From positions 1,922,001 to 1,986,000 of the forward strand of contig CP075493.1 of assembly GCA_021613535.1 (NCBI GenBank): DNA of 64,000 nucleotides, read 5' to 3'. This stretch comes from Adineta vaga. Its lineage: Eukaryota; Animalia; Rotifera. Below, piece after piece: positions 36,687 to 48,900 of the stretch (within the stretch, counting starts at the first letter, position 1; every line of letters starts with the position of its first letter). Below the pieces are notes generated by a model, which worked only from the letters and a program-made list of their open reading frames with translations, was not told the origin of the DNA and did not search any database. The translations under genes and the position numbers were made by a program.

Positions 36687-39600
36687 CTATGATGGATAGA
36701 TATGATTTGGTACTGTTGCTGATTTTGACTAGAATTTAAAAAAATATGAAATTGAAATCTTTATCTTCTATTGAATGGAAACATACCTGTATAGATTCAT
36801 TATTGCAACTATCGAATCCAGTTAATGTTCTTGGATTATCCAAGGATGGATAATTATTGTATTTTCTTTTTGAAAAAAAAACAAACAAGAATCGATTGAT
36901 GATCAATTGATCAAGAGTTTTACCTTTGAATATTTGAATTGTTTCGCCGGTATGTTGGATGATTATTCACAAGCGGAATGTCATTTGTACTGTTCGAATG
37001 TGAATATGGATACGATGTTGATTGATTGTAATAATATTTATACTGTTCATTTGGATTATATACTGATCCATATGACGATACTGAATTATAATAAGATGGA
37101 GGATGATTATACGTATAATTTGATGTAGATGGATGATAATAATAATATGAATTCATGTCTGTTGATTGTGATGAAGGATGATGATAATATTGAATAGAAG
37201 ATGAAGGACGAGAATAATTTGGATAATATGTTGGTGGATGAGTTGGTTGTTGAATAGGATTTGATGGAATGATTGTTGATGTATCTAAGATAATCAATGA
37301 TCAATGAAAACAAAAAAATGTTCTAATTAAAATGAACTTACTTTCACAACGATTTAAATAATCTTCTAAATCCGGTAAAAGATCACTGGTTAAATCAATA
37401 TCATTCTTATTTAATAATTCATTTTCATATTCAATATTATGTACGAATGGTAAGGAAATTTCTTCGTCATTGATAATCAATGGTTGAGAAAGAAGATAAT
37501 CATTTGCTAATGATGATGGTAAAATAAAATCTTCAATAATTGTTGTTAATGTTGATGAATGAAATGTTGGATTAATAAATGTTAATTTACCATTAATTAA
37601 ATCATTTAATATTGATTCAACTTCTATTTCTTGTTTACGACAATTTAAAGCTAAGATAAATGAAATTAAAAGAAAATTTTTCATAATCCTATTTACTTAC
37701 ATAATACATAGAGATAAAAATATTTGACAATTAAAGTGATTTCATCAATATATTCAGTTAATAATCCAAGTGAATGTTTTGTAACAAAATATTGAATTTT
37801 TTGTGTACAAAAGATATTTGCACGATTGAATTGTGATGAACATTTTCTGAAAAAGAATATTTCATTTAGAAAATTTCATTTATTGAAAAACGTGTAATTT
37901 ACTTTTCTAATTCACGTTGAAGTTGTTCTACTTTTTCATTCTGTTTTTTTATTGTTAAACGTATAAAATCATGAATAGAATTCGTAAATGTCACTAATGA
38001 ACATGAAAGTTTATCTAAACCTTTAGCACCTTTGATTAATTCATTGACTATATCACTGAATATATGTGTTTTAGTAATAGTCGATTGATTTGAAGGTGAT
38101 AATTGTTCATCAATTGATACTGATGATGGAATGGAATGAAATGATAATGGTGTTGATGTTTGACGAGTGAAATTATTCGTTTCTAAATAAGAAATTTGAA
38201 GAAGATTAATAGATAGTTGATGATAGATTACCATCATGAGTTTTGCTTTGATTATTGTCTATTGGACAATTCGTTTCATCCATATCTAAGAAAAGAAATT
38301 TCCCGCTTAAAATGAAAATCTATGTCAATGACTTACGTTCGTGAATTTCATTCGATTTTGATTCATTGGATGTTGAATGAGATTCTGAAGAGGATTTCTA
38401 GATTGAGTTTAGATGTTGAAATTGAAAATTACCTGAAGTTTTATCGTTTATTGAATTGATCGAGAATAGATTTGGATGAACAGGTGTATTTAATAAAGTT
38501 TTCAATGCTTTATTTCGATCGGTATCAAACAATTCCACTTGTCTAAAAAAAGAAAACCGAATTCAAGGAAAAACAATATTAATCATCTCAAAGATTTACT
38601 CGATCATATGATTTAAAACTTCTTGAACAACGAGAAGATTTTCTGGTTCATTTTTCGTTCGTATTTTGAATTTTTTCATATAAAATTGATTATCTTTTCG
38701 TTTTTTTCGTAAACGTTGTAAAGCATTGTTTTTCATGATGGGTGATGATGTTTTCTTTTGATTAATTATACGTGATAAAGATTTCGATTTGTATGGAGGT
38801 GTAATTGGTTTACTTTTATCACCATAATTTGGTAAAACAGGACATGATAATGATAATGGTCGATACCGACGTTTCATTGCTGATCGATGATTCTTCAGAT
38901 CAAGTTCAAGTGTTAAATCATCTGATGGAAAATTATTTTGAGATAAATCCGGTGATGAAGATGTTAACGATGTGGGAGATAATTCACTTGTTGGCGGAAC
39001 AGACCAATCATGACGTTTAGTTACTGCAATCAATGGATCGATTTCTTCATTTCCTAAAAAATAGAGTTTTACAAGATTCTGTATTTTTCCAGGCTTTTTT
39101 TTCTATTACATAATGAAAGAACCTAGAAGTGCCGGTAGAGATTTGAGCAATGTCAAAATAAACTCTAAGCTGCCTTATAGTACTAAGGCGATCGTTAAAA
39201 GGATATATATACATATATATCAACTACACCTGACTGATGAGCAAAGAATGTTTTCTTTTTTCTGAGAATAAGAAGAGATGAGACTTTGCTGATAGATAAG
39301 AATACTGTCAAACTCATTCTATGAACATACTTTTATTGTTCATTGTTGTATCTTCTTTGACTTGATTAGAATTCATATTTTTATTTTCAACAACAATAAT
39401 AACAGGTGGTGGTGGTGGTGTTAATGGATAATCTACAACTGATTGTTGTTCCGAACGAATTACGATTGTTGATGATAGTACAGATGACTGATCTTCATTT
39501 TGTATAGATGATATTGGTAATGTTTTTGTTAATTGAATTTTAGTTGGTATACGTAAAGCAGATGAAAGACCACCAGCATTTGAAAGCATTTTAATCGATT

Positions 39601-40290
39601 GTGGTACAAGTAATTTAACAAATTTTGTTGATGTATTAGACTTTGAATCTGTTTGTTGAATAATAACATTGTTATCCGAACGTGAAGATTTAGTTGTTGT
39701 ATCTGCTGATGTCATCAGAGGTGTGACTATCATTGGCTAAATGAAAGAAAGAAAATAAATAAATATTGACATAAATATAGAAAGAAAAATAATAGTCTCA
39801 CTAGAATTTGTTGGGAATTTGTTTTGATTTTATCTAATGCTTCGTTACTATCATAAGATGTAGCAAGATTAGATTTTCTTTCTTCCAATTGATTTATTGC
39901 CATGGATTTTGATACGAATGAAACAATTGAAGATTGCATATTTACTGATTCAATCGAATTTCCATGTAAATCTACAACAAATTAAACAAAATAGGCTATG
40001 AAAGTTTAAACAATTAAAAGTCTACCTTTTATTTCATTTTTATTATCATCATATGAATCAGTTAATGTTCTTAATGTTGTTGTTCGATTATTTTCCGTTG
40101 TTAATGGAATATTTGTTATTTTTCTTAATGAATTCGAAGAGTATATTGCTCGACTTGGTCGTTCATCTTTTGAATTCTTAATTAATTCAGATCGACGTAA
40201 TCGCTTTCTATTTGTTAATGATACTCCACTTCGTTTCCGTTGATGATGATTCGTCGTTGTTGTTGGTGGTGGTGATGATGATGATGGCAT
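36687..40290 (-). CDS. Uncharacterised low-complexity, probably nuclear protein; multi-exon
   Basis: Chain of same-strand ORFs separated by short GT-AG introns. Contains basic clusters (RKRSGVSLTNRKRLRR, RLRKKRK), a helical/coiled segment at about 37560-38060 and a Tyr/Ser/Pro-rich tail. Ends PNHIYPS*. No family recognised. Confidence 0.7.
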
Positions 40291-40615
40291 AATAATAGAT
40301 TGTTCAATTATTATTCTTTTTCAATGAACATTGAAGATATATTTACACATAAACGAACAAAAAAAACAACGATGAAGATTAAAATCTAAAAGTAAATATC
40401 CTTGAATATCGAATAGATTCTTTTCTTCTTATGGAATCAAAAAAAAACGATGATGATGATGATAGACAAAACATATTAATTTGAATTTAAATCGGATTGG
40501 TTGATTCTGTTAACCAATAGAATGACTTTGTTTATTTAAAAGGGTAATTACTATAGAAACAAATATGAACTATGGAGAATAGAGTAAAGCAAAGAAAGAA
40601 AAGTTAGAATAAATT
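40291..40615. promoter_or_regulatory. Short divergent promoter between the orphan gene and SPEF1
   Basis: Head-to-head starts 325 nt apart. Opposed CCAAT boxes (gattgg near 40495, ccaat near 40514), a forkhead-like TGTTTA near 40529 and an X-box-like ATTACT-AT-AGAAAC at 40547-40560. Confidence 0.45.
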
Positions 40616-40739
40616 ATGCTTATACTCGACTGGTCATATGTATTTGATCGAGCACAACTTATTGTTCTATATTCCTGGCTTGATAGTATACCATTTAAGA
40701 GAAAAAGAACAAAGCTTGAAAGAGATTTTGCTGATGGAG
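40616..40739 (+). CDS. SPEF1: Duplicated alternative first coding exon (1a) of SPEF1
   Basis: MLILDWSYVFDRAQLIVLYSWLDSIPFKRKRTKLERDFADG followed by G|gtattc. Ungapped homologue of exon 1b with the same phase-1 donor. Confidence 0.8.
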
Positions 40740-40895
40740 GTATTCGTTGATAAACTCGAAGATATTTCGCATGTTCTCTTTAGTTTCTTTTGTCTTATGG
40801 AATGAAACTTCTTTCAGATCTTCATACATCACTTTGTGTTTGTTTGCCACTCTCTCTCTCTATCTCTTTCTCGTTTGTTCTCCATTTGAACAAAT

Positions 40896-42545
40896 ATGTC
40901 TTGGGATATTGAATTGGATGATCAATTATTACAAGATCTTTATGCATGGATCGATCAAATACCATTAAGTCGACCTAAAAGACGTATTGAAAAAGATTTT
41001 GCTGATGGTGGTAAGAAGATTGTTCTCTCATTTCACGTGTGCTACTTCGAATTTTCTTTTTTCTTCTCTCATTATTTCATTACTAAGGTTTCCGTTTTGT
41101 TCTTCTGTTTACTTTTAGTTATGATAGCAGAATTGATCAAATATTATTTTCCTAGTTGGGTAAAGAAGACAATCAAATGTAGATGATTTAATTAAAGAAT
41201 TTTTGATTTTCATAGGTGGAATTACATAACTATGCAGCAGCGAATAGTACGCAACAGAAATTAGTTAATTGGGGACTTTTAAATAGGTAAGTGTATCTTC
41301 AATGAATCTTTTGAATAAAGATACATGATTAACGAAAAAAGAGAAATCCTTTTTTTTTAGAAAAGTCTTTTGTCGATTTGATCTCAATGTTCCTGAAGCT
41401 GTTATGCGTGGTATATGTCTTGGTCGATCTGGCTTAATTGAAATTTTTCTTTATAATTTACGAACAAAAATCGATGAGTGAGTATACAACTCTTTCTTGG
41501 TCGTCTATTTCAATCAAAGCTCGCAACTTATTCTCTATTATTTCATACGAATAATCTCTCTATACTCTTTCAGTTATCTCTATGGAATGGAAACCAATCC
41601 TAGTGATCCTCAATATCGGTTTGTTCTGTTTGTTTTTTTCTATCGAAATTTTCCATATTAACTCGTTTGTGCATGTGAATTGATAGTTTCTTTTCTTTCC
41701 CTTCTTTAATCTATTACTAATCAAAATAGAATGAAAGTAATAGACTTTTTGTTTTTATAAGACGGAATGAATTAGAAATGAAAATCAATCGATGATCTTA
41801 TATTTTTATTTAGTGTTCTTCATCAAAAAGCAAAAATAACAGAAGCAAATGCAGCTACACCTCGACAACCTCAACCGTTTTCACCAAATGAACAAAATAG
41901 TTATGGAAACATGCAATCCTCATCAAGTAAGTGAAATGTTATTTAGAGAATTTGACTAATCATTTTCTAGATAATCATAATTCTTCTCGAGCATATTACT
42001 ATGAACAAGGTGACAATAAAAACTACACTTTATGTTGTTGTTGTTGTTCTGTACTTCTTCTTCATTTACTTCTTTAATTGATTGTATTTTATACTAATAT
42101 TCTTTTTTTCTTTTAAAGATTTGACATCAAAACCACGAGTATCGAATGACAAGTAAGACTATTTCTTGACGATTTCTTTCTCATAATATACAATGAAATG
42201 ATTGTAGTATACAGAAAAAATCCTCTTCAATGCATACTATCAGCGCAGATATGGTTAGTCGTATTGAATATGATGAAAAAGAACAAGAATGTTTAGCTAA
42301 AGATGAACAGATTCAAGTATATTTTTCAATTGATTAAACAAGAAAAGTTCGATTTCATTTTCTTTTTTTTTATTCAAATTAAGATTTTACAAGCAAAAAT
42401 TCGTCGTCTGGAACATTTGCTTCATTTAAAAGATGTTCGCGTTGAAGATTTATCGGAAAAACTTGATCGAACACGTGGTATAACAGGTGCATCAAATCGT
42501 CCACAACAACAACAACTACCTATGGTTTATAATGGACGGAAATAA
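40896..42545 (+). CDS. SPEF1: Sperm flagellar protein 1 / CLAMP (CH domain plus C-terminal coiled coil)
   Basis: LQDLYAWIDQIPLSRPKRRIEKDFADG|VMIAELIKYYFPSW|VELHNYAAANSTQQKLVNWGLLNR and C-terminal KEQECLAKDEQIQ|ILQAKIRRLEHLLHLKDVRVEDL. Confidence 0.93.
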
Positions 42546-42938
42546 TTAGTACAGCTACATATATAAATATATATAGATGGTGCTTGTTATGTTTAGTGCC
42601 GTTTTATTTATTCAGTTCTTCATATTTTCTTTGCTTCGTGACTATTCGTGGTGGCTTCTTCTTGTGCATACGAAAAAAAAGAAACAAACAAATAAATACA
42701 GACATTCTTCCATAACTCATAAAGTGAATAAATACGTTGGATAAAAAAAGACACGTGATTATAAAATATATATTTGGTATTTCTTGTCTCTTTCAAACTG
42801 TATTGCAAATCTAGCACAAACAAAAAATTATATAACAAAACTGTTCATTTCACGAGAGAGACAGTAGTCCGAGCAAATAAATACTGAGAGAAAATATGTA
42901 TTTGACACGATTTTACAAATGTTTTGATTCGATTGTAA

Positions 42939-45900
42939 TCAGGATTTATTCTTAGTAAAGATTGTTTTTAACGAATGTTTTGGTGGAGTTGGTTTTAAAT
43001 GAGTTGCAGTTCGATTATTACGAATTATTGTTCCATTTAAAGTTAGTGTTGTATTTACTCGAGGTTTTGTTTGATTATCTAGAATAGAAAATGCTGAAAG
43101 AAATTAATGAATATTGGAATTTTCAATTTTACCATCATGTGATTCTCGTTCAAGTGATTTTTGATGTGTTAACGATCGTAATAAGAATTTGTCAGTAAAT
43201 GCTTTATTATTGTTATTTATTTCTACATATTCTGATTTTTTAACTAAAACAAACTTTGAATTTGTTGACGTCCATAAACGTTGAATTCCATAAATCTTTT
43301 CATCATCAGTTAATAAACGACGTTTTATTGATTCTCGATGATTTGTACTATTCAAATCTGTTTCTTCAACAAGGCCATAATCATTTGGCATACCATTCAT
43401 ACGAATTTTTCTCATTAACTACAACGATAAAACTTAAGCTTTGCAATGTGAATTTCAAAAGATTTACTTGTGTAATAACATGACTAGCAGTTGAATTGAT
43501 AGGTGTTCGAAAGGTCGTATGTTTTTGTATGGATGATATATTGTAGATTGTAACAAGAAATGTTCGATCACAATTTTCCCAATTTTGAAGAGTTTTATCT
43601 ACTAATGTTGACATTAAGAGATGTTGCTAAAAAGAAAGTTTTGATTTGGAAGTTTTTTTATGAAAGAAAATTTTACTTACAGGTGTTTGAGCTTTTCTCT
43701 TACAAAGAATAACAGTTTCTCGACCAACACGATCCATAACAACAAGTATACGTTCATGTTTTTCTAAAATTCGTGGTGGTATATCAGCATGTTTTGAAGA
43801 TAACGCTTTCTTTTTCCAAGTTTTCGATGATTCTGTAAGAATAATATCATTAATTGTTTCACCAACTTGAAGAAAATCATTGGTTTTAGCGATCTAAAAT
43901 AAAACAATGTTTGTGACAAAGAAAAGAATGTATTATTTTACCATTTCGATTAATTCTTCAACAGTTGTATATTGTGTTACAGCAAATGGTCGAAAGTCTT
44001 CATCACGTCCTTCTTTACCGTAGACTTTAACTTCAAATGTTTTATGTTTAGGTCGTATCGAATCACGATTACCCTATACGAAAAGAAAGACATAAAAGTA
44101 ATCTTATGGAAAAAAAGAGAAATCAATCTGAATAAAATACACTAAGAGCATCCGGTGGATCAATTGTTCGTCCAAATATTCGATTACGAAATAAATGTGG
44201 TGTATTTGATGTTGATAAATCTTGTTCTGTATTACGAAGTAGTATACTTTCTGTTGTTTTTGAATAGATAAATAATGTTGCTAATTCTAATGGAATATTA
44301 GCAGCATCTCTTAAACGAACATGTCGATAACCTTGTCGAAGACATTTTAATGGCATAACACGTTGAGACATTAAATGATTACTTCCGGCATCATAAACAT
44401 GAAAACGTATGAATGCTAATTCCATAAAGAATAACTGAAAATACAAGAATAAGTAAGTCAATGGACTGATATAAATCGTTTCGGAGCGAGAAATTTCTTA
44501 CTTGAAAAATAAATGCTTCTTGCCAAATTGGATTAAGGGAATTTTTAACTGATGGTTTCGTTTTTCTTGACATACAATCAATGGGAATACCAAGAAGTTC
44601 AACTTCAATATAAACACTTGATGTTGAATTGATATTTTGAGTTAAATATTGACCAGAAATAATCTAAGTAGAAAAATACATCTTTTCCTATCAACTATTC
44701 GTTATTAACTTACAGTAATCGTTAGTTCAAAACAAGCACCTTCACGTTCAATAATTGATGGATTAAATCGACCATATTGTGAATGTTCTTTATCCCAAAA
44801 GATAGGCGGTTTTAATACATAACCACAATTACCATTTTGTTCAAACATAGATAAATTCAAAATTTGACCAGAATCTAAACACAACCATTTCTACTGTTTC
44901 AAAAAGAAAAACGCCAAAATTCAATGTACTTACCAAGTGTTTGATAATTCGTTGCAGCTAATCTAAAACAAAATAAGCCATGAAAATATCAACTATAAAA
45001 ATGACCTGAATCAAACACATACTGAATACCATAGATCCATAAATGTAATGGATTAAAATTCGATGAATCTACACGAAAACCACTTGGATAACATCGAATA
45101 AGTTGCGTTTCCGTATGTCTAAATATGAAACTATCGAAAATCCAACGTAATAGACATCGAATAACTTACATAACCATATCACCACCTTGATTTTTACTTA
45201 ATTTCTTAGCTTTATTTTCAATTAATGAAACTATTTGATGGCAAGGTGAAACTTGATCAATTGATCGTGAACTTTCCGTACCTAAAGATCACATAAGAAG
45301 AAAAAACTCGAATGATTTGATTTTTATATTGAAAAACTAACTCGTTGTACTTGGTTGAGCAACAAGTTGTTGAATTGTACGTTTTGGAACTTTACGAACA
45401 GCTTTACCACCAGCAAAACTTGCTAACGTTGATGAACATGATAATCCTTTAAAAAAAAGATAAATGATTTCATACTATCTTCATTAATATTTTCCTACCT
45501 CGAAATTTGATTGCTTGAGTATAAATAACAATATCGGATAATTCTTTTGCCACCAACATTGCTGGTATTTTTGCCATAACATTTGATGATTTATTGATTT
45601 TTATTAAATGATTCGCATCAATTGAACTACTACTTTTTAAACGTTGTCTTGGCTCATTATTCATAATACTATACCGACGATGGCGATATGCTCGTCTAAA
45701 CAAATCAAATAATTAATCGACTCTCATCGATAAGAAGGATAAACTTACAAATCATCTCCATCATCTTGATCAGTTCCAATCGTGATAATTGTCTTTTTCG
45801 GTTGATATATCGGTGAATCAGTAATGGAATTTGATCGTTGTGATTCTCTTCTTGTATATGGATCATAATTATAATCATCTATTAAATCATCATCATCAGA

Positions 45901-48900
45901 ATCATCATCTTCTTCATTATCATCTGGAGATGAATAAACTGAATTTCGATAATTCACACTTAATTGAACTTTTTGTCGACTTAATTGTGATGCTGAATGT
46001 AATTTATTAATTTTCTTATTTTTTATTAGAATTTTATATTTCAATTGATTTGGTGATGGTAATAATGGATCTTCATAGAAATCTGTATCGAACATGTATT
46101 TTGTTATTAATTTATCACCGAAAACTTTCACAAATGTTTGAGCCATACGTGCTTGTTGAATTAATGAACAACGATTTTCAATTGATAATATAACCGGATA
46201 TGGAGATGTTAGAAATGCACTTTCATTGATTACTTCAACGACAAGTTTAAACGAAATTTTACTAACAAATGTTCGTCCATGATAAATTACCGGATAACCA
46301 TCATCACCATCCCAACAATCAAGTTCAACACAACGACATCCAGATAAAAGAGTCTAGAAAGATGAATTTCGATCATCAAAAAAAAACCGAATTCAATGGT
46401 AGATTTCTTACTTCACGATACATTTCAACCGATGATTCACCACGTAATTGATGACCCGTAAGATAAGTATTATGAGATGAAGCAATGAAATAATACGATA
46501 ATGGATTATCCATTTCCTAGAAAACGAACAATAATGAAATTTGCCAAAAAGCCAAATTGAATATCTTACTTGTTCATTAACTTTTGTATGTTCATTAACA
46601 AAAGCATAGTTTTCCTTATCTAATAAATAACGTGAAAAACCTTCGAACGAAAGTACCTTATTCAATCGATTTTGTCGATGTGGTTCATGACGCTATAAAG
46701 AGAACAAAAAACTGAAATTGAAATTCGATGAAATTTACAGATAACTTACATAGATAATTTGTTCAATTTCATATGCACTTTTCTTTTCTTTTTGATGTTC
46801 AAATAGAAAATTTTGAAATTGTTCTTGAGTAATAAGAACATTGCCTCGATTATGTGTACTAATTGCATAACATGGTATGGATGATATAGCAATCATATCA
46901 TAAATACGACGAATATTTGCATCAGTTACATCATCAATCATATTTCGAGTAATAAGACCAGTTAAATGTCTTGAAATATCAAATAAATCATTTTTATATT
47001 GATCTTTCATTATAAAATTTTGTTCAAGATTAATTTCACATGCAAATTTATCGAATAGATCTTTTAAATCACGTCGACAATGAAAATAGAATGATTTAAA
47101 TAATTCGACAAATTCAGGAAAATCCATATGACTTTCATTGATAATCCATGGTGATGACGAATCTTGTATTTGAGTATTGGAATTTAATAATTGCAAACGA
47201 TTACGTTTATTAATCAATACATTAGTCGAAGGATTTAATGTTAATTGATTGATTAAACCAAAACGTTGCTTTGTATTAGTATGATGTTGACTTAATGAAC
47301 GAGCAGTTTTCGTTATTTGAGATGAAGGAGTCGATGATGATGATGATGATTTCGCTCGATGATCAGGAGTTTTAGATTTATCTCGTGTAGCTATTGTAGA
47401 ACTATGTAGTTGCCATTTTGATCTACCCGAAGGTTCAGATTCAGTCGAAAAACTAGCTTTTCGATCCTAAATTGAAAACAAAACGGATCATTATTATAAA
47501 TTATTCAAATTTCGAAAAACATTTTTTCGTTTCATAAATCGTTCAAACAAACCTGTTCAAATTTATTTCGTCTTCGTAAACCTATATTTGACCAGGATTT
47601 TATCACACTTCCCGATTTTTTCGATGTCGTATGTTCACGTTCGTATGGAAATAATGAATTTGAATTCCATTGCCTTCCACCAAAGGTAAGTATAGCATTC
47701 ATTGGTGTTGGCCCTTCAAATCGTTCATTTTCATGATATAATGCAAGATATTGATTTTTAAGCCAAACTATTCGTCGATCCGAACATAGACGATGTTTAC
47801 GATATTGTACAAGTAATTTATCGATATTTGAATACCAAATTTGTGAACAATATTTCGGACTAATAAAGCAAAGACTTCTACAAGAAAGAAAAAAAACATC
47901 AGTTTTTACTTTGAACGAAACTACTAACAGAATATCACTTACTTATTCTCATTAATCGATGCTCCGTAAATAATTGTAAAGCAATTTTCAGGATTTGTTA
48001 TATCATTTAATTTATATCGTTTTATAATTGGTAGTAAATCACAATGAAGAATACCATTACGTATATGTTTAACATATTTTAATTGAATAAAACCTTCGTC
48101 CATATCAACAAAAGCAACATCACGTAAAATATAACGTTTCATTAATATTGAATAATGTGCTGTATCATTCGATACTTGACTATTTAAATTGACATTTTCA
48201 AAACTTCGATGTGTATCCCAAGAAGGTTTTGTCCTAAAATTAAAGAAATCATTGATTAAAACAGATGATTTTATATCAAAAATCAATTACCAAGTTAATG
48301 TACAATTATCTAATTCTAATCGAACAGTAACTAAACATGAATGCATTGTATCTTCATCATAAAAAATCATCGTCGTACCATTTCTATATGAAAATAAGAA
48401 AAACAAACTAGTTGTGGAAAGTGAATACAATTTCGTTCAACAAACCGAAGTATTTGTAAACTATTAAAATCAATAATATGATGCATAGATAATAAAGAAA
48501 CTTCATGATTATGTTTTGGTTGAGCAATTGGTTGATAAAATGAGACATTTAAACAATAGAATGTCTCTGCTTCATCAATATCTAATATCGAACGATACGG
48601 TAATACTGAATTCGCTGCTGCTGCTGCTGCTTTTGTTTCATCAGTTGTATTCATAACATCATTATCACCGATAACATTAATGGCAATATTAGCCATATGA
48701 CGTGAATCAATTTCTCCACCGGTTATGGCAGTATTTGGAAATGATCGATTACGTGTACTTCTTGGTTTTGGTATTCTGAAAGAAAAAAGAGAGTTTCTGA
48801 ATGAAGAATAGTTTTGACAATGAAAAAACAGAACATACTGATCGGTTAAATTATCACCATAGGGTACAGAAACAGTTGCTGAATGTTTTTCTTTCATTTC

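Noticed and set aside
46165-46180. PLC X-box ENRCS instead of ENHCS as a sign of a dead enzyme
   Set aside because: This His is not one of the two catalytic histidines. SHNTY and YHG are intact.
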